A DNA stretch of 62,167 nucleotides from IMG/VR virus record IMGVR_UViG_3300042549_002778, positions 1 to 62,167 of that record. One strand, 5' to 3'. Shown piece by piece: positions 8,516-23,912 of the stretch. The notes under the pieces were generated by a model. The model did not search any database. It saw only the letters and a list, made by a program, of their open reading frames with translations, and had not been told where the DNA came from. Source of the stretch: a virus. Taxonomy: Duplodnaviria; Caudoviricetes. The stretch's first letter is position 1. Each line of letters begins with the position of its first letter. A program made the position numbers and the translations under genes.

Positions 8516-11500
8516 ATGGCTGTTCCGTATAAATTTGGAAATATCCCGAATGGCGAAACAGTTCCTCTTAATTATATAGACGAAAATTTTGATTATGTAG
8601 AAAATCAAATAAATAATATACCGGCTGGTCCCACTGGCGCGACTGGATCTGTAGGCCCGACTGGTCCGGCTTCTGGGCCAACCGGCCCGACGGGTTCTAT
8701 TGGTCCCACTGGCTCCACTGGCTCAACCGGCCCGACTGGCCCTACTGGTGCTGCTTCTACCGTAGCCGGCCCGACGGGTCCGACTGGAACTACAGGGGCT
8801 CCTGGGGCTGGCATTCAGTATAAGGGCTCAGTTTCTGTCACGGGAAGCCTGCCGACGGCTGGCAATACTCAGGGCGATGCATACACGGTCACGTCAGACA
8901 GCCACTTGTGGATTTGGGATGGCTCTACATGGACTGATGCGGGTCCTTTAACTACTGCTATTACTGGACCGACTGGTCCGACTGGTGGCATTGGTGCAAC
9001 CGGCCCAACTGGCGACATTGGCCCGACTGGCCCGACTGGCGACGTTGGTGCAACTGGTTCTACTGGCCCTACGGGTCCTATTGGCGTGACTGGTCCGACA
9101 GGATCTTCTGGGCCCACTGGTCCGACAGGACCGGTAGGTGACGCTTCTACAGTTCCGGGTCCAACTGGATCTGCTGGCCCCACTGGACAGGCTGGATCAA
9201 CTGGCCCAACCGGTCCCACAGGTTCCGCATCTACTGTTGCGGGACCAACAGGTTCTACGGGGGCGACAGGATCTGCTGGCCCTACAGGGCCAACTGGTAG
9301 CACTGGTGCAGTGGGTCCGACTGGCAGCGCGGGCTCGACTGGCTCGACTGGCCCAACTGGCTCAACAGGTCCTACGGGAGCAACAGGACCAACGGGTTCT
9401 GCTGGTTCAATTGGCCCGACGGGCCCCACCGGCGCTGCCTCGACAGTTGCCGGCCCAACGGGCCCGACCGGATCAACGGGTGCTACGGGCTCTCCGGGTG
9501 GCGGCATTCAGTATAAAGGCGTTGTTGCGACCACTGGCAGCTTGCCGACTGGTGGCAATACAACAGGTGATGCTTATTCAGTTACTGATGATAATCATTT
9601 ATGGATTTGGGATGGAGTGGCATGGACTGATGCCGGGCCGTTAACGACAAGTATAACGGGCCCGACTGGTTCAAATGGCCCGACAGGTCCTACGGGTGCG
9701 ACTGGCGGCATTGGTGCATCTGGACCAACAGGTCCTACTGGTGCAACTGGCCCGACCGGCCCGACTGGCGGCACTGGTGCATCTGGACCAACAGGTCCTA
9801 CTGGTGCAGCGTCAACGGTAGCTGGTCCAACCGGAGCTACTGGAGCAAGAGGACCAACAGGTCCTACAGGTGCGGCTTCAAATGTTGTAGGCCCGACAGG
9901 GGCGACTGGAGCCACCGGCCCTACGGGTCCGACCGGAGCTACCGGAATTGGTTATAATGGATTAACTAGCGTTACATCCGTTTCTATTTCGACCGGATCT
10001 AAGAGCTTTACTACTAACCTTAGTTCCGTTTCTACGGCATTTACGGTTGGAACCAGGATCAGAGTTGCATCAAGTGTTTCTCCGTCTAATTGGATGGATG
10101 GTGTTATTACATCATTCTCAGGCAATACGCTTGCGCTTACGGTTGACTATACAAATGGCTCAGGAACATACATTTCTTGGACATTTAGTGTAATTGGAAT
10201 TGTTGGCGCAACTGGACCAACTGGTTCAACCGGCCAAACTGGTGCTACTGGCCCTACTGGAGCGGTTGGTGCTACTGGCCCAACGAATATTATTCGCTAT
10301 ACGTCTATTAGCGCTCTTCGTCTTGTCCCTGTTTCTACATCAATTACGCCTATTGTTACTGGATATTATTCTGACGGCGACGGTGGCGGCGGGGAATTTT
10401 ATGGCGCTGTCGGCGCTCCCGTCGGAACTTATGTTGATAATGGCGGCACTATTATTCGCCCAACTGGGGGAGATGGCTCTAGTGCCTGGATAAGAATTTA
10501 TTCTGGACCAATAAACGTAAAGTGGTTTGGCGCAAAAGGTGATGGGGTCACGAATGACACATCAGCAATATCTTCTGCGGTTAATTATTTTACGTCAATA
10601 AATTCAACGTCGTCTCAACAGCAATTGTTGTTCCCGTCTGGAAATAATTTTTCCATTACTGGAATTACTTTGAGCAATATTAATTATTTTTCCATAAGAA
10701 TTGATGGGGTAATAACTAACATCGCGACTAAACCTGGCCCTACGGCCACGAACACCAATAATACCACTGGCGGCGTAAATGCTACATTTAAAATACTTAA
10801 TTGCTCTAACTTCTCAATTGAAGGACAGGGGCAAATAAATACAAGATATCGCCAATGTTTTGTTGTAGGCACTGATCCGCTTGCTGGGTCAAATGCTGCA
10901 TGTTCTTATTTCTCCATATCAATAACAATTTTTGGAGAAAATCTTAATGATAATACACACGCAAACATATTTAGATATTGTTCATATTTTTCACTAAACA
11001 ACATGGTGGTCAATGCAGTAACCAAGAAACCTGGATATGTTAATAATTCCACGCCTTATTATTATGATTGGTGCAATCCTTTGCTGTTTTGGGATTGTGA
11101 GGCGTTTTCAATTACATCAGTGACTTCCAATTATAATTCTATGAATGGATTTTATATTGGATCAAATTGCACCAATTTTATAATTGATGGCTGCATATCA
11201 GAACATAACGGCGGTAGTGGAATTCAGTTGGCATGGTCATCTTTTGGCTCATTTCCATCTAACTTTACTATCAGCAACAATATTATTAGATTAAACAGGG
11301 CTGATACTATTGATTTTAACAACACAGGAGCATTTATAAATTGCAATGGTGTTTTTTCAAATAACACAGCGTATTATAATGGATGGGGAACAGAAAATAC
11401 AGCAGGAACTACTCCGACAAATGATGGATCTGGTTTTGGAACATGTATAAATATTGGAAGACTTCTTATAAGTAACAACATTGATATGGAATGCTCAAGA

Positions 11501-12229
11501 GCAAGCGTTTTTTGTCAAAATTCTTCTAATATTATCGCAAATGGAAACATAATATACAAGCAAGCTTCTGGGTCTCAAGGAGACGGTCTATATTCAGATA
11601 CATGCTCAAATATAGATTTTTCAAATAATAACGTAATTGTAAAGTCTACAAACTATGCCACTAGGCTGTATTCACTTACGTCTAATCAAAATATTAATAT
11701 TAGCAATAACGTCCTTAACGGGCTAATTGGATTTACCGGTGGGAGTTACTTAAAGTGCGATATGATTAATAATGATATAACGACTACATCGCAAGTTACT
11801 TGCCCAATTAATTTTAGTAACAACAATCTTAACGTCACTAATGCTTCTCAGAATGGTATTTATGTAAACGCAGATCACGTTATCATTGATTCTAATAACA
11901 TAACCGCTACTAACTACGGTATTGTTTCGGCGTCATTCAACAATGTAATTATAACAAATAATACTGTTACTGGCGGAGTTGGAGCCATATACATTTCTGA
12001 CAATAGTTTTACTCGCGTATCTGCAAATAAAGCCTCTGCACAAAATGCTCCGGGAATTCAGTTTTTTGGAACATGCAATAAGTGTGAAATGAGCATGAAT
12101 AGCGGCTCGTCGGTGTCTGGCAATTCTTTCCGCGTTGAAAGCACTTGCACATTGACTAACTTGTGGGCCAACTATGCAATTAGTGGCCCTACATTTTACG
12201 GCGGAACTTATGGGATAAATTACCCATAA
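8516..12229 (+). CDS. Collagen-like fibre with C-terminal pectate-lyase-like beta-helix (tailspike/depolymerase)
   Basis: Extensive G-P/S/A-T triplets; [16 protein letters not shown]; Asn-rich beta-helix repeats. Confidence 0.85.
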   Translation: MAVPYKFGNIPNGETVPLNYIDENFDYVENQINNIPAGPTGATGSVGPTGPASGPTGPTGSIGPTGSTGSTGPTGPTGAASTVAGPTGPTGTTGAPGAGIQYKGSVSVTGSLPTAGNTQGDAYTVTSDSHLWIWDGSTWTDAGPLTTAITGPTGPTGGIGATGPTGDIGPTGPTGDVGATGSTGPTGPIGVTGPTGSSGPTGPTGPVGDASTVPGPTGSAGPTGQAGSTGPTGPTGSASTVAGPTGSTGATGSAGPTGPTGSTGAVGPTGSAGSTGSTGPTGSTGPTGATGPTGSAGSIGPTGPTGAASTVAGPTGPTGSTGATGSPGGGIQYKGVVATTGSLPTGGNTTGDAYSVTDDNHLWIWDGVAWTDAGPLTTSITGPTGSNGPTGPTGATGGIGASGPTGPTGATGPTGPTGGTGASGPTGPTGAASTVAGPTGATGARGPTGPTGAASNVVGPTGATGATGPTGPTGATGIGYNGLTSVTSVSISTGSKSFTTNLSSVSTAFTVGTRIRVASSVSPSNWMDGVITSFSGNTLALTVDYTNGSGTYISWTFSVIGIVGATGPTGSTGQTGATGPTGAVGATGPTNIIRYTSISALRLVPVSTSITPIVTGYYSDGDGGGGEFYGAVGAPVGTYVDNGGTIIRPTGGDGSSAWIRIYSGPINVKWFGAKGDGVTNDTSAISSAVNYFTSINSTSSQQQLLFPSGNNFSITGITLSNINYFSIRIDGVITNIATKPGPTATNTNNTTGGVNATFKILNCSNFSIEGQGQINTRYRQCFVVGTDPLAGSNAACSYFSISITIFGENLNDNTHANIFRYCSYFSLNNMVVNAVTKKPGYVNNSTPYYYDWCNPLLFWDCEAFSITSVTSNYNSMNGFYIGSNCTNFIIDGCISEHNGGSGIQLAWSSFGSFPSNFTISNNIIRLNRADTIDFNNTGAFINCNGVFSNNTAYYNGWGTENTAGTTPTNDGSGFGTCINIGRLLISNNIDMECSRASVFCQNSSNIIANGNIIYKQASGSQGDGLYSDTCSNIDFSNNNVIVKSTNYATRLYSLTSNQNINISNNVLNGLIGFTGGSYLKCDMINNDITTTSQVTCPINFSNNNLNVTNASQNGIYVNADHVIIDSNNITATNYGIVSASFNNVIITNNTVTGGVGAIYISDNSFTRVSANKASAQNAPGIQFFGTCNKCEMSMNSGSSVSGNSFRVESTCTLTNLWANYAISGPTFYGGTYGINYP

Positions 12230-12332
12230 CAAAATTTTTTGAATGGCCTAATGGCAAAATTAAGTCACTCAAAAAACAGATCAATAATTGTTATACTTGG
12301 CGGCCTGAGACAGATAACCGACGGATAAAAAA

Positions 12333-15421
<3,089 letters not shown>

Positions 15422-15425
15422 CCAA

Positions 15426-15629
15426 ATGCTATATGACGTAGAACTTATTGGGCCATCCGGCTATCCTGAAACTCATTTTGCAGTCAAGGCAGATAATGAG
15501 TTTGAAGCAGCAAGATTGTCCCCGATTATGTTAACTGCAAATTCCCACATATTGCCAGAGCAATATACAGTTATATCAGTAAAACCATCAATCTATAGGG
15601 AGTCGTCAGATGGCATACATCAAAATTGA
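15426..15629 (+). CDS. Hypothetical protein
   Basis: Fills the operon gap and overlaps the next start. Confidence 0.5.
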   Translation: MLYDVELIGPSGYPETHFAVKADNEFEAARLSPIMLTANSHILPEQYTVISVKPSIYRESSDGIHQN

Positions 15630-16128
15630 CGATAAAGCGATTGTCGCTGTTTCGGATATTATGCGCGCATATCCATACGTCTCATTCCCTAATACTGAAT
15701 GGACAGATGAAGTTCTTCAGCCATTTGGCTATGCGGTTTTACATCGCCCTAATACCCATCCATTCCCATCAGAAAATGAGATTTTAGTTGATGGGGAGCC
15801 TTACGAAGAAGGCGGTAAATGGTATTTACCTTATATTGTTCGCCCTCTTACACCTGAAGAGATTGAAATCAGATTAAATAATTGGCGAGAATCAGCATAC
15901 TGCACTCCATTTCAAGGTCGCGTGGCACTAGCCAATGCTGGGCTTTTGGAGCAAATTGAGTCAATTATTAATGTTCCAGAAACCAACCAAGAGGTTAAAA
16001 TTGCTTGGGAATATGCTATAGAATGGCGTCGCATGTCTCCCATGATCTTGAGTATGTCTACCGCGTTGGGATTGACTGATGAGCAAGTTGACGAGCTTTT
16101 TAGGAGCGCACAAGAAGTTTCCGCCTAA
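15610..16128 (+). CDS. Tail fibre assembly/chaperone-like protein
   Basis: C-terminal WEYA....R.SP......LGLTDEQVDELF; follows the fibre genes. Confidence 0.65.
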   Translation: MAYIKIDDKAIVAVSDIMRAYPYVSFPNTEWTDEVLQPFGYAVLHRPNTHPFPSENEILVDGEPYEEGGKWYLPYIVRPLTPEEIEIRLNNWRESAYCTPFQGRVALANAGLLEQIESIINVPETNQEVKIAWEYAIEWRRMSPMILSMSTALGLTDEQVDELFRSAQEVSA

Positions 16129-16171
16129 CATCTCTATGGCCCATGCCGCGCTGGCAAATGAGGGGTTGATC

Positions 16172-18361
16172 ATGCCGATCAGTTCAGAAAATGGTAAGCA
16201 ATACATCAAAGAGTTTATCTCAAATATTAAGCATGAAAATATGCTTGATATTGGTGTTGGATGCGGCACATATGCCAACATGTTCCCGAATGCCAAATGG
16301 ACGGGAATAGAGGTTTGGCAACCTTATGTCGAAGAGTTTGACCTTGAGTCAAAATATGAGAATCTTATTATAGCCGACGCGAGAGAAGTCAATTTTACCG
16401 GCTCATATGATGTTGCTTTTCTTGGAGATGTCCTTGAGCATATGACCTCTTTCGAGGCGGCTAGGCTTCTTTCCAAAGTCCGTGACGTTTCTGATTATGT
16501 GATTGTAAGCATTCCTTTGGGCCATCATCCTCAAGGTTCTGTCAATGGCAATGAGTTTGAGCGCCACATAGAGGATTGGGACGATGGCAAGGTTAAAATC
16601 CTCTTTGGTCAGCCATCAGCAAGTCATATAGAGGGTGAGATAGGCGTTTATATTTATAAGCGTTCTGTCTGCAAGGTCCCTAAGATAATTCATGTTGTTT
16701 GGGTTGGAGATGAATCAAAGCGCCCAAATCATTACATCCGTTCCTGGGGAGATTTAAACCCTGGTTGGGATGTAAAAATTTGGGGCAACAAAGAATACAA
16801 CGACATTGATTGGATCAATAAATCTTACATGCAGAAAATGTGGGATGCCGGGTCATTGCACGGCGTTGCCGATCTGATGCGTTACGAGATTCTATTCCGC
16901 GAAGGCGGATTTTGCGTTGATGCTGATAGTGAATGCGTCCGACGATTGGATGATGATCTTTTTGACGAGCGAACTGTCCTCACCTATGAGAATACGGAAA
17001 CTCGACCGGGTCTTATCTCCGTTGGTTATATGGCTTCTGTCCCGGAACTTCAGTTCTTTCTTGATATCATTGAGGACATTCGGGATACGCCAGAGGATAA
17101 AATCCTCACGGATCATGCTTGGTTTTCAGTTGGTCCCCGCCGTTTGACGGATAATTACGAGAAGATTAACCCTGAAAATGTTAAGATTCTCCCCGACTAC
17201 ACTTTTATACCCAAGCACTTTGACGCCCCGGAATATAAAGGCAATGGCGCTGTTTATGCTAAGCAGCATTGGCTCACGACCAATAAAAACAAGAAGAATT
17301 TTAAAATCTGCGTTTACGCTATTAGCAAGAACGAAGTTCAGTTTGTTCAGCGCTTTTGTGAGTCGGCAGTTGATGCGGATATGATCCTGATAGCTGATAC
17401 GGGATCAACGGATGGTACGGATACCAAAGCTAGAATTCATGGTGCAACTGTTCATTCTATCTGCATAAGTCCTTGGCGTTTTGATCACGCTCGTAATGCT
17501 GCTCTTGCTCTTATTCCTAAAGATATTGATATTTGCGTTTCTCTTGATCTGGATGAGGTTTTAGAGCCTGGATGGCGAGAGGAAATTGAGCGGGTTTGGA
17601 CTGAAGGCACTACGCGCTTGCGTTATATGTTCGACTGGGGGATGGGAATAAAGTTTCAATATGAAAAAATTCATGCTCGACACGGATACCATTGGCACCA
17701 TCCTTGTCACGAATATCCCCGCCCGGATGGTCGAACTAATGAACAATATGCACATACAAACCGGCTTCTGGTGTCCCATCATCCAGACCCTACAAAAAGT
17801 CGTGGCCAATATTTGGATCTACTCAAACTTTCAGTTACCGAAGATCCTTTCTGTCCAAGAAATGCGTTTTACTATGCGCGTGAACTTTCGTTCCATATGC
17901 AATGGGAAGAGTCCATTGCTGAATGTAAACGCTATTTAGATCTTCCTGGGGCAAGTTGGCACAACGAGCGCTGCTATGCCTATCGAGTGATGGGCAAGTG
18001 CTATGAGGCCTTGGGGCGGAATGCAGAGGCGGAGACGGCTTATCATATGGCCTGTGCGGCGGCGCCGGTGACTAGGGAGCCGTGGTGCGAGTTGGCCATG
18101 CTCATGTATCGGCTGAGCCGGTGGGAGGAATGTTTTGCTTATTCCATGCGGGCTTTGAAGATTATTCATCGGGAGCAAGTCTATACCTGTGATCCGGCTG
18201 TCTGGGGTCATTGGGCGCATGACCTTGCCTCTATTTCGGCGTGGAATTTGGGTATAAAAGACATTGCTTTGGAACAGGCTAGATTAGCGCTTGAAAAGAC
18301 CCCAAATGATCCTCGTCTTAGGGCCAATGTGGATTTTATGGAGGGGTTGTCATCGGCCTGA
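16172..18361 (+). CDS. SAM methyltransferase + DxD glycosyltransferase + GT2 glycosyltransferase + TPR fusion
   Basis: LDIGVGCG...GDVLEH; IPK-type VPKIIHVVW...ADLMRYEIL..EGG..VDAD; ISKNE...DTGSTDGT...FDHARN...LDLDE; helical TPR tail. Confidence 0.85.
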   Translation: MPISSENGKQYIKEFISNIKHENMLDIGVGCGTYANMFPNAKWTGIEVWQPYVEEFDLESKYENLIIADAREVNFTGSYDVAFLGDVLEHMTSFEAARLLSKVRDVSDYVIVSIPLGHHPQGSVNGNEFERHIEDWDDGKVKILFGQPSASHIEGEIGVYIYKRSVCKVPKIIHVVWVGDESKRPNHYIRSWGDLNPGWDVKIWGNKEYNDIDWINKSYMQKMWDAGSLHGVADLMRYEILFREGGFCVDADSECVRRLDDDLFDERTVLTYENTETRPGLISVGYMASVPELQFFLDIIEDIRDTPEDKILTDHAWFSVGPRRLTDNYEKINPENVKILPDYTFIPKHFDAPEYKGNGAVYAKQHWLTTNKNKKNFKICVYAISKNEVQFVQRFCESAVDADMILIADTGSTDGTDTKARIHGATVHSICISPWRFDHARNAALALIPKDIDICVSLDLDEVLEPGWREEIERVWTEGTTRLRYMFDWGMGIKFQYEKIHARHGYHWHHPCHEYPRPDGRTNEQYAHTNRLLVSHHPDPTKSRGQYLDLLKLSVTEDPFCPRNAFYYARELSFHMQWEESIAECKRYLDLPGASWHNERCYAYRVMGKCYEALGRNAEAETAYHMACAAAPVTREPWCELAMLMYRLSRWEECFAYSMRALKIIHREQVYTCDPAVWGHWAHDLASISAWNLGIKDIALEQARLALEKTPNDPRLRANVDFMEGLSSA

Positions 18362-18424
18362 TTTTATTGTAAAAATATAAAAGCCGTTTTTGCGGTCTTA
18401 TATCGGCCGGCGGAGCCTTGCCAC

Positions 18425-18661
18425 ATGGATTCCCAAATGATTATTAACCTCGCAGCGGGGGCGATTCTTGCTGCGATGGGATGGCTTGCGCGCGTTCTCT
18501 GGGAGGCTGTAAGCAAGCTTCGGGAGGACCTCCATGAGTTAGAAGTAGAGCTTCCAAGAAATTACGTCCGCAAGGATGAATTTTCCGACAACATGCGGGA
18601 GATCAAAGAGATGCTTGGCAAAATCTTTGATCGTCTGGACAACAAGGTGGATAAACCCTGA
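18425..18661 (+). CDS. Small protein with N-terminal TM helix and coiled coil
   Basis: Hydrophobic N-terminus; YVRKDEF...IFDRLDNKVDK. Confidence 0.7.
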   Translation: MDSQMIINLAAGAILAAMGWLARVLWEAVSKLREDLHELEVELPRNYVRKDEFSDNMREIKEMLGKIFDRLDNKVDKP

Positions 18662-19371
18662 TGTCCCTAAACTATACAACGTATGTCGCGCAAATAGCCA
18701 ACATCATGGCTGTTGATCCGACGACGCCGCAGTTTCAAACTATGCTCCCCGGCATGATCGACTACGGAGAGCAGCGCATTTATCGCGAACTTGATCTTCT
18801 CAATACGGTTACGAGAGATAATAGCGCGACGTTTACGAGCGGCAACCGCAACTTTACGCTGCCCACGACGGCAAACGGCAATTTTATCACCCTTCAGGGA
18901 ATAAATGCCATCACGCCTGCCGGGGCAATTGAAAGCAACGGAACGCGCAGGGCTTTGCAGCCTATAACCCGTGACTATTTAGATACGGTTTGGAATAGCT
19001 CTTCCGGTGCTTCACTGCCGCAGTATTTCGCGATGATTGATCAGTTCAATATCATCGTCGGGCCTTGGCCGAATGCCAATTACTCAGTTGAGGTAATTGG
19101 CACAATCAGGCCAAACCCTCTATCAGCGACAAATCAAAGCACGTTTCTGACGCAATATCTGCCCGATCTTTTTTTGGCCGCGAGCATGATCTATGCGACC
19201 GGCTATCAGAGAGATTTTGGCTCTCAGTCAGATAATCCCGCGCAGGCCGTCTCTTGGGAAAGCCAATACGAGCGGCTTTTTGCTTCGGCAAATGCTGAAG
19301 AGTTGCGTAAGAAATGGGCCGGCCCCGGCTGGACAAGTCAGTCTGCAATCGCCAACCCGCCGGTAAGATAA
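18661..19371 (+). CDS. Tail adaptor (tubular protein A-like)
   Basis: EQRIYRELD, P.YFA...GP.P...Y; precedes a nozzle-sized gene. Confidence 0.65.
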   Translation: MSLNYTTYVAQIANIMAVDPTTPQFQTMLPGMIDYGEQRIYRELDLLNTVTRDNSATFTSGNRNFTLPTTANGNFITLQGINAITPAGAIESNGTRRALQPITRDYLDTVWNSSSGASLPQYFAMIDQFNIIVGPWPNANYSVEVIGTIRPNPLSATNQSTFLTQYLPDLFLAASMIYATGYQRDFGSQSDNPAQAVSWESQYERLFASANAEELRKKWAGPGWTSQSAIANPPVR

Positions 19372-19372
19372 C

Positions 19373-21418
19373 ATGCCCTTTGAAACCCTGCGTATCATTC
19401 CTAGTGTCGATGTTGAAAAGACACTGGCCGACAACGCGCAGGGCGTCTCTGAATCAAACTTTATTCGTTGGCGTGATAAGATCCCTGAGAAGCGTGGCGG
19501 ATGCCAGCTTTATACAAATACGCAGTTCAGTGGTTACGTTACTGATCTGCACGCATGGCAGGGATTAAACAGCCAAAGATATTTAGGCATTGGAACGACA
19601 ACAAACCTATACGCTTTCTTTAATAATAACGCAAAAGACATATCTCCCAGATTCAATACCGATGATGTGGCCCCCGACATATCATCAACGTCCGGCAGCA
19701 ATGTTTTTGAAATAACGGATGCGGTGTTTACGCCTGTTTCCACGTATTACACCGTTGTGTTTAATACGCCTGTTTCTATAGGCGGCGTGGTGCTAAGCGG
19801 CGCATATCCGATTTATTCCATTACCGGCGCAACATCTTATGAGATCATTGCACAGGCTGCGGCAACAGCTACTGTCGCTAACGGCGGGGCAGTTCCTGAA
19901 TTTGTCACGGCCAGCGGAAGCAGTTCTGTAACGGTCAATCTTGCTGATCATACATATCTCGTCGGTCAAGCTGTGTCATTCACCGTCCCTACAACGGTTG
20001 GCGGCATTGTTATACAGGGCACCTACATTGTCGAAAGCGTTGTAGCCGGTGTTTCATTTGAGATAATTGCCCAGAATGAAGCTACGTCGACCGACACTCA
20101 AGATATGAATGGCGGTGATCTTAACCTTACATACTGGATCACTGAAGCCCCATTGCCGCAGGGTACCGGATACGGGCTTGGCGGGTATGGCAATGGTGGA
20201 TATGGAACTGGCGTAACTCCGGCCAATCCAAATCCGGGAACGATCCTTGCTGCTGATGAATATTATCTGGATAATTGGGGCGAGACATTAATAGTTTCCC
20301 CGAAGAATTATCCAATATTTACGTGGTCTCCAATATCTGGCTACCAGAATGCGGGCGTCGTGGTTAACAGCCCGCTTCAGAATCTTGGCGCGTTTGTCGC
20401 CATGCCCCAGCAGCAAGTCATGGCGTGGGGATCAACATACACTGGCTTGAGTGACCCGCTTCAGATCCGGTGGAGCGATGTGGGTAACTTCAATGACTGG
20501 ACGCCTACAGTCACCAATCAGGCTGGTGGTTATCGTATACCAACCGGTTCGATTATACGGCGCGGTTTTCAGGGACCGTCGCAACAATACTGGTGGACTG
20601 ATATTGATCTCTACGTTGCCCAATACACAGGGCCGCCGTTTGTTTATGGGTTTAACAAAATAGGGACTGGATGCGGTCTGATTTCGCCCAGAGCCGTCGC
20701 ACAACTTGGTTCAACAGTTTATTGGATGAGCCAAAAGCAGTTTTTTATGACCAGTGGGTCAAATGCGCCGCAGCCGATACCGTGTTCTGTCTGGGATTTT
20801 ATATTCCAAAATCTTAATTGGAACGCTGTTAATAACGTAGAAGCTGCGCCAAATTCGCAGTTTAATGAGATCAACTGGTTTTTCCCAAGCGTTAACTCCT
20901 CCAACGGGGCAAACGACGCTTATATCTGTTACAACGTCCTATACAATGAATGGGACTATGGTTTCCTGTCGCGGACGGCGTGGATAGATCAGTCAGTTTT
21001 GACCACTTCTAACGGTCTATATGGACCAATAACTGCTGGCAGCGATGGATATATCTACATTCATGAAACCTCAAACGACAATGCTGGCGTTCCGATCAAC
21101 GCATCTTTCAAGACAGGTTATTTCTCCCTGACCAATGGAAATGATCTGGTTTTTGTTGATTGGGTGCTTCCTGATATGAAATGGGGTCAGTATTCACAGG
21201 CCCCGGATGCATCAATTCAGATGACGTTCAATGTCACTGATTATGCTGGTCAGACGCCAAAGGCATATGGTCCTTTCACATTCACGAAAGATACGCCGTA
21301 TATTGAGCCTAGATTCCGGGGTAGATTCGTTCAAATTGTCGTAGAAAGCACAGATCCCGGAAGCTTCTGGCGACTTGGCTCAATCCGATATCGCTTTGCG
21401 ACCAGCGGAAGAAGATAA
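19373..21418 (+). CDS. Tail nozzle / DNA stabilisation protein (tubular protein B-like)
   Basis: 681 aa beta-propeller-like; IRWSD, CGLISP, YWM; ends PRFRGR...WRLG..R....GRR. Confidence 0.7.
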   Translation: MPFETLRIIPSVDVEKTLADNAQGVSESNFIRWRDKIPEKRGGCQLYTNTQFSGYVTDLHAWQGLNSQRYLGIGTTTNLYAFFNNNAKDISPRFNTDDVAPDISSTSGSNVFEITDAVFTPVSTYYTVVFNTPVSIGGVVLSGAYPIYSITGATSYEIIAQAAATATVANGGAVPEFVTASGSSSVTVNLADHTYLVGQAVSFTVPTTVGGIVIQGTYIVESVVAGVSFEIIAQNEATSTDTQDMNGGDLNLTYWITEAPLPQGTGYGLGGYGNGGYGTGVTPANPNPGTILAADEYYLDNWGETLIVSPKNYPIFTWSPISGYQNAGVVVNSPLQNLGAFVAMPQQQVMAWGSTYTGLSDPLQIRWSDVGNFNDWTPTVTNQAGGYRIPTGSIIRRGFQGPSQQYWWTDIDLYVAQYTGPPFVYGFNKIGTGCGLISPRAVAQLGSTVYWMSQKQFFMTSGSNAPQPIPCSVWDFIFQNLNWNAVNNVEAAPNSQFNEINWFFPSVNSSNGANDAYICYNVLYNEWDYGFLSRTAWIDQSVLTTSNGLYGPITAGSDGYIYIHETSNDNAGVPINASFKTGYFSLTNGNDLVFVDWVLPDMKWGQYSQAPDASIQMTFNVTDYAGQTPKAYGPFTFTKDTPYIEPRFRGRFVQIVVESTDPGSFWRLGSIRYRFATSGRR

Positions 21419-22896
21419 TGACAGATAATGCTATTATCACGGCTGCTCAAAATACTGTGATTGCTATTAATAATCTTGGCAAGAGTCTTTCGGGGCTAAG
21501 CGGACCCACAGGGCCGACTGGTTCAATTGGGCCAACTGGGCCAGGTATTGGAGCTACTGGCGCAACTGGGGCAACGGGTCCAACCGGTCCAAGCGCAATA
21601 GGGCCAACCGGTCCAATCGGCCCGACCGGCGCAATAGGGCCGACGGGTCCAAGCGGAGGCCCAGTCGGTCCGACTGGCTCCACAGGTCCTACAGGTGCAA
21701 TGGCAACCATTTTAGGAACAGTAAATGTTTTGTCTTTTGGAGCTGTAGGTGATGGTGTAAATAATGATACAACAGCATTTTCTAATGCTATATCATCCAT
21801 ATCTGCCGGAACAGTAATTGTCCCTCCCGGTTTGTATTTAATAGATCCTATAACTATTCCTTCTTATATAAATTTAGAAGGGACGACTGTAGGGCCATTT
21901 GATGGTGTAAATCCAACATCTTCAACGACTGCGCCTACCATAATTGCAAATTCCGATACAGCGTCTTTAATAACTTTGGATGGATATAAAAGCTCTGTTA
22001 TCAACCTATTGTTTTATTACAAAACAACTGGAGCAGCGGCCCAAGTAGATCCAACATCATCAACACCCACAAGCTTAAATCCTACAATATTAATGACATC
22101 TGCTGGAGGGCATTTTGTCAGTAACTGCACATTTGTAAACAGTTTTACTGCCATTAAAATAGAAGTTGGTCGCTGCACTGTTCAAAATTGTTTAATTGGG
22201 GCTTATTATCGCGGTATTTTAGTTGATGGAGCTTTAGATTGGGTAACAATTAGTAATGTTCAAAATCAAGTAATGTGGGATACTTATACTGGTCTTTCTT
22301 ATCCTCAAAATATTGATGCTTGGGTATTAAATAATGGAATTGCGTTAGAAGCGAAAAAATGTGATAGTTTAATAGTTAGTAATTTTAGTGTTTATTCTAG
22401 ATATTGCGGAATAGCATTTGAAGGATCTCTTGGAGATAATTGTTATGGTCGAGGAACAAATATTGATTTAGATTATGTTGCATATGGTGTATTAGCTACA
22501 ACAACAAATAATACCGGTGGTGGATTTAAAATCACAAACATGGATGTCGGCGCAAATATGTCTGGCATCGGAACTGTTGGGCAAGTTTCTGTTTATCTTC
22601 CGTCTGGTTCTGCTGAACCTGGAAATATTATATGGGAAAACGGCTCAATACGCGGAACTTGGGCATTTAATAGTGGCAAACCAGAAGTAAATGACGGAAG
22701 TATATGGATAAATAATATTAGAGGCATAGACGGAACTTATACCGTCGGTCAGTTGCCGTCGGCTTCATTATCCGGTTCTGGTGCAAAATTATTCGTAACT
22801 GATGCTTCTGCGACAACATTTGCCTCAATTGTAGTTGGTGGCGGGTCGAACAAAGTGCCAGTTTATTCGGACGGAACAGATTGGAGAATCGGATAA
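21418..22896 (+). CDS. Collagen-linked tailspike (pectate-lyase-like beta-helix)
   Basis: Short GPT block; [16 protein letters not shown]; C-terminal [12 protein letters not shown]. Confidence 0.8.
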   Translation: MTDNAIITAAQNTVIAINNLGKSLSGLSGPTGPTGSIGPTGPGIGATGATGATGPTGPSAIGPTGPIGPTGAIGPTGPSGGPVGPTGSTGPTGAMATILGTVNVLSFGAVGDGVNNDTTAFSNAISSISAGTVIVPPGLYLIDPITIPSYINLEGTTVGPFDGVNPTSSTTAPTIIANSDTASLITLDGYKSSVINLLFYYKTTGAAAQVDPTSSTPTSLNPTILMTSAGGHFVSNCTFVNSFTAIKIEVGRCTVQNCLIGAYYRGILVDGALDWVTISNVQNQVMWDTYTGLSYPQNIDAWVLNNGIALEAKKCDSLIVSNFSVYSRYCGIAFEGSLGDNCYGRGTNIDLDYVAYGVLATTTNNTGGGFKITNMDVGANMSGIGTVGQVSVYLPSGSAEPGNIIWENGSIRGTWAFNSGKPEVNDGSIWINNIRGIDGTYTVGQLPSASLSGSGAKLFVTDASATTFASIVVGGGSNKVPVYSDGTDWRIG

Positions 22897-23429
22897 TGCC
22901 GCTTTTAAAAGGCAAAAGTCAGAAGACGATATCCTCAAATATCTCTGAACTGATGCATACCGGACGCCCCCAGAAACAGGCCATAGCCATAGCTTTAGAC
23001 GCTGCGCGACGGTCAAGAGCCTCTGGCGGCGCGAATAAAAAGGTGTTTCATGGCCCAATCGTCACGCCAATCCCCGGAAGGACTGATCGGCTTCCTATCC
23101 ATGTGTATTCTGGAAGCTACGTCATTCCTGCGGATATTGTTTCCGGTCTAGGCGAAGGCAATACGCTGGCTGGCTACGAGGCCATAAAGCGTATGTTTGG
23201 CCATCATCTGAAATCCAAATATGGCGTTCGCGGCTCCTATCACGAAAGCAGGGACATTGTTCCTGTTATCGTTGCTGGCGGCGAATACATTTTGACCCCG
23301 GAAGAGGTGGAGATTGCGGGGAATGGTGATCTTGATAACGGTCACGCCATTCTGGATGCGTTTGTAAAATCACAGAGGCTCAAATTGAGAAAGAAGCTGG
23401 CAAAGTTACCGGGCCCGGCGAAGGATTAG
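22896..23429 (+). CDS. GG-motif protein with duplicated G(S/E)Y(V/I) module; candidate processing enzyme
   Basis: [16 protein letters not shown]...QKQAIAIAL, then RASGG, then GPI..PGRTD.LP...GSYVIPADIV and GGEYILTPEEV. Confidence 0.7.
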   Translation: MPLLKGKSQKTISSNISELMHTGRPQKQAIAIALDAARRSRASGGANKKVFHGPIVTPIPGRTDRLPIHVYSGSYVIPADIVSGLGEGNTLAGYEAIKRMFGHHLKSKYGVRGSYHESRDIVPVIVAGGEYILTPEEVEIAGNGDLDNGHAILDAFVKSQRLKLRKKLAKLPGPAKD

Positions 23430-23430
23430 A

Positions 23431-23901
23431 ATGGATATGGAACTGCAAAAGTGCCCTGACGTAAGATTGGCTGAATTAGACGATCTTCCAGAACTGATGC
23501 GTTTGACAAAGATAGCCTGCGACGAAGACGCCCAACATAGTTATGACGCCGAAAAAGTTCTTGGCGTTTTGCGCCTTCACTTTGAAAAGCGCGGCGGTGT
23601 CGTTGGCGTCATTGGCGACAGGGGCAAGGAATTAAAAGCCTACATCATTATGGTGATAAACGAGGTTTGGTATAGCCGGGACTCTCATGTCCAGGAACTA
23701 AGCCTGTTTGTTGCGCCCAATCATCGTAGGTCAAACTACGCCAAACAGCTTATGCAGTTTAGCAAGCAAACGTCAGATGTCCTTAATCTGGACCTCACGA
23801 TTGGCGTTTTGTCTAACGAAAGAACGGCTCCTAAAGTCCGTCTGTATCAGCGTCAGTTCCCATCGGCGGGAGCTTTCTTCGTTTATTCTCCTAAGAATTA
23901 A
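23431..23901 (+). CDS. GNAT-family acetyltransferase-like protein
   Basis: VRLAELDDL...LFVAPNHRRSNYAKQL...RLY. Confidence 0.75.
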   Translation: MDMELQKCPDVRLAELDDLPELMRLTKIACDEDAQHSYDAEKVLGVLRLHFEKRGGVVGVIGDRGKELKAYIIMVINEVWYSRDSHVQELSLFVAPNHRRSNYAKQLMQFSKQTSDVLNLDLTIGVLSNERTAPKVRLYQRQFPSAGAFFVYSPKN

Positions 23902-23912
23902 GGGCTAATATC

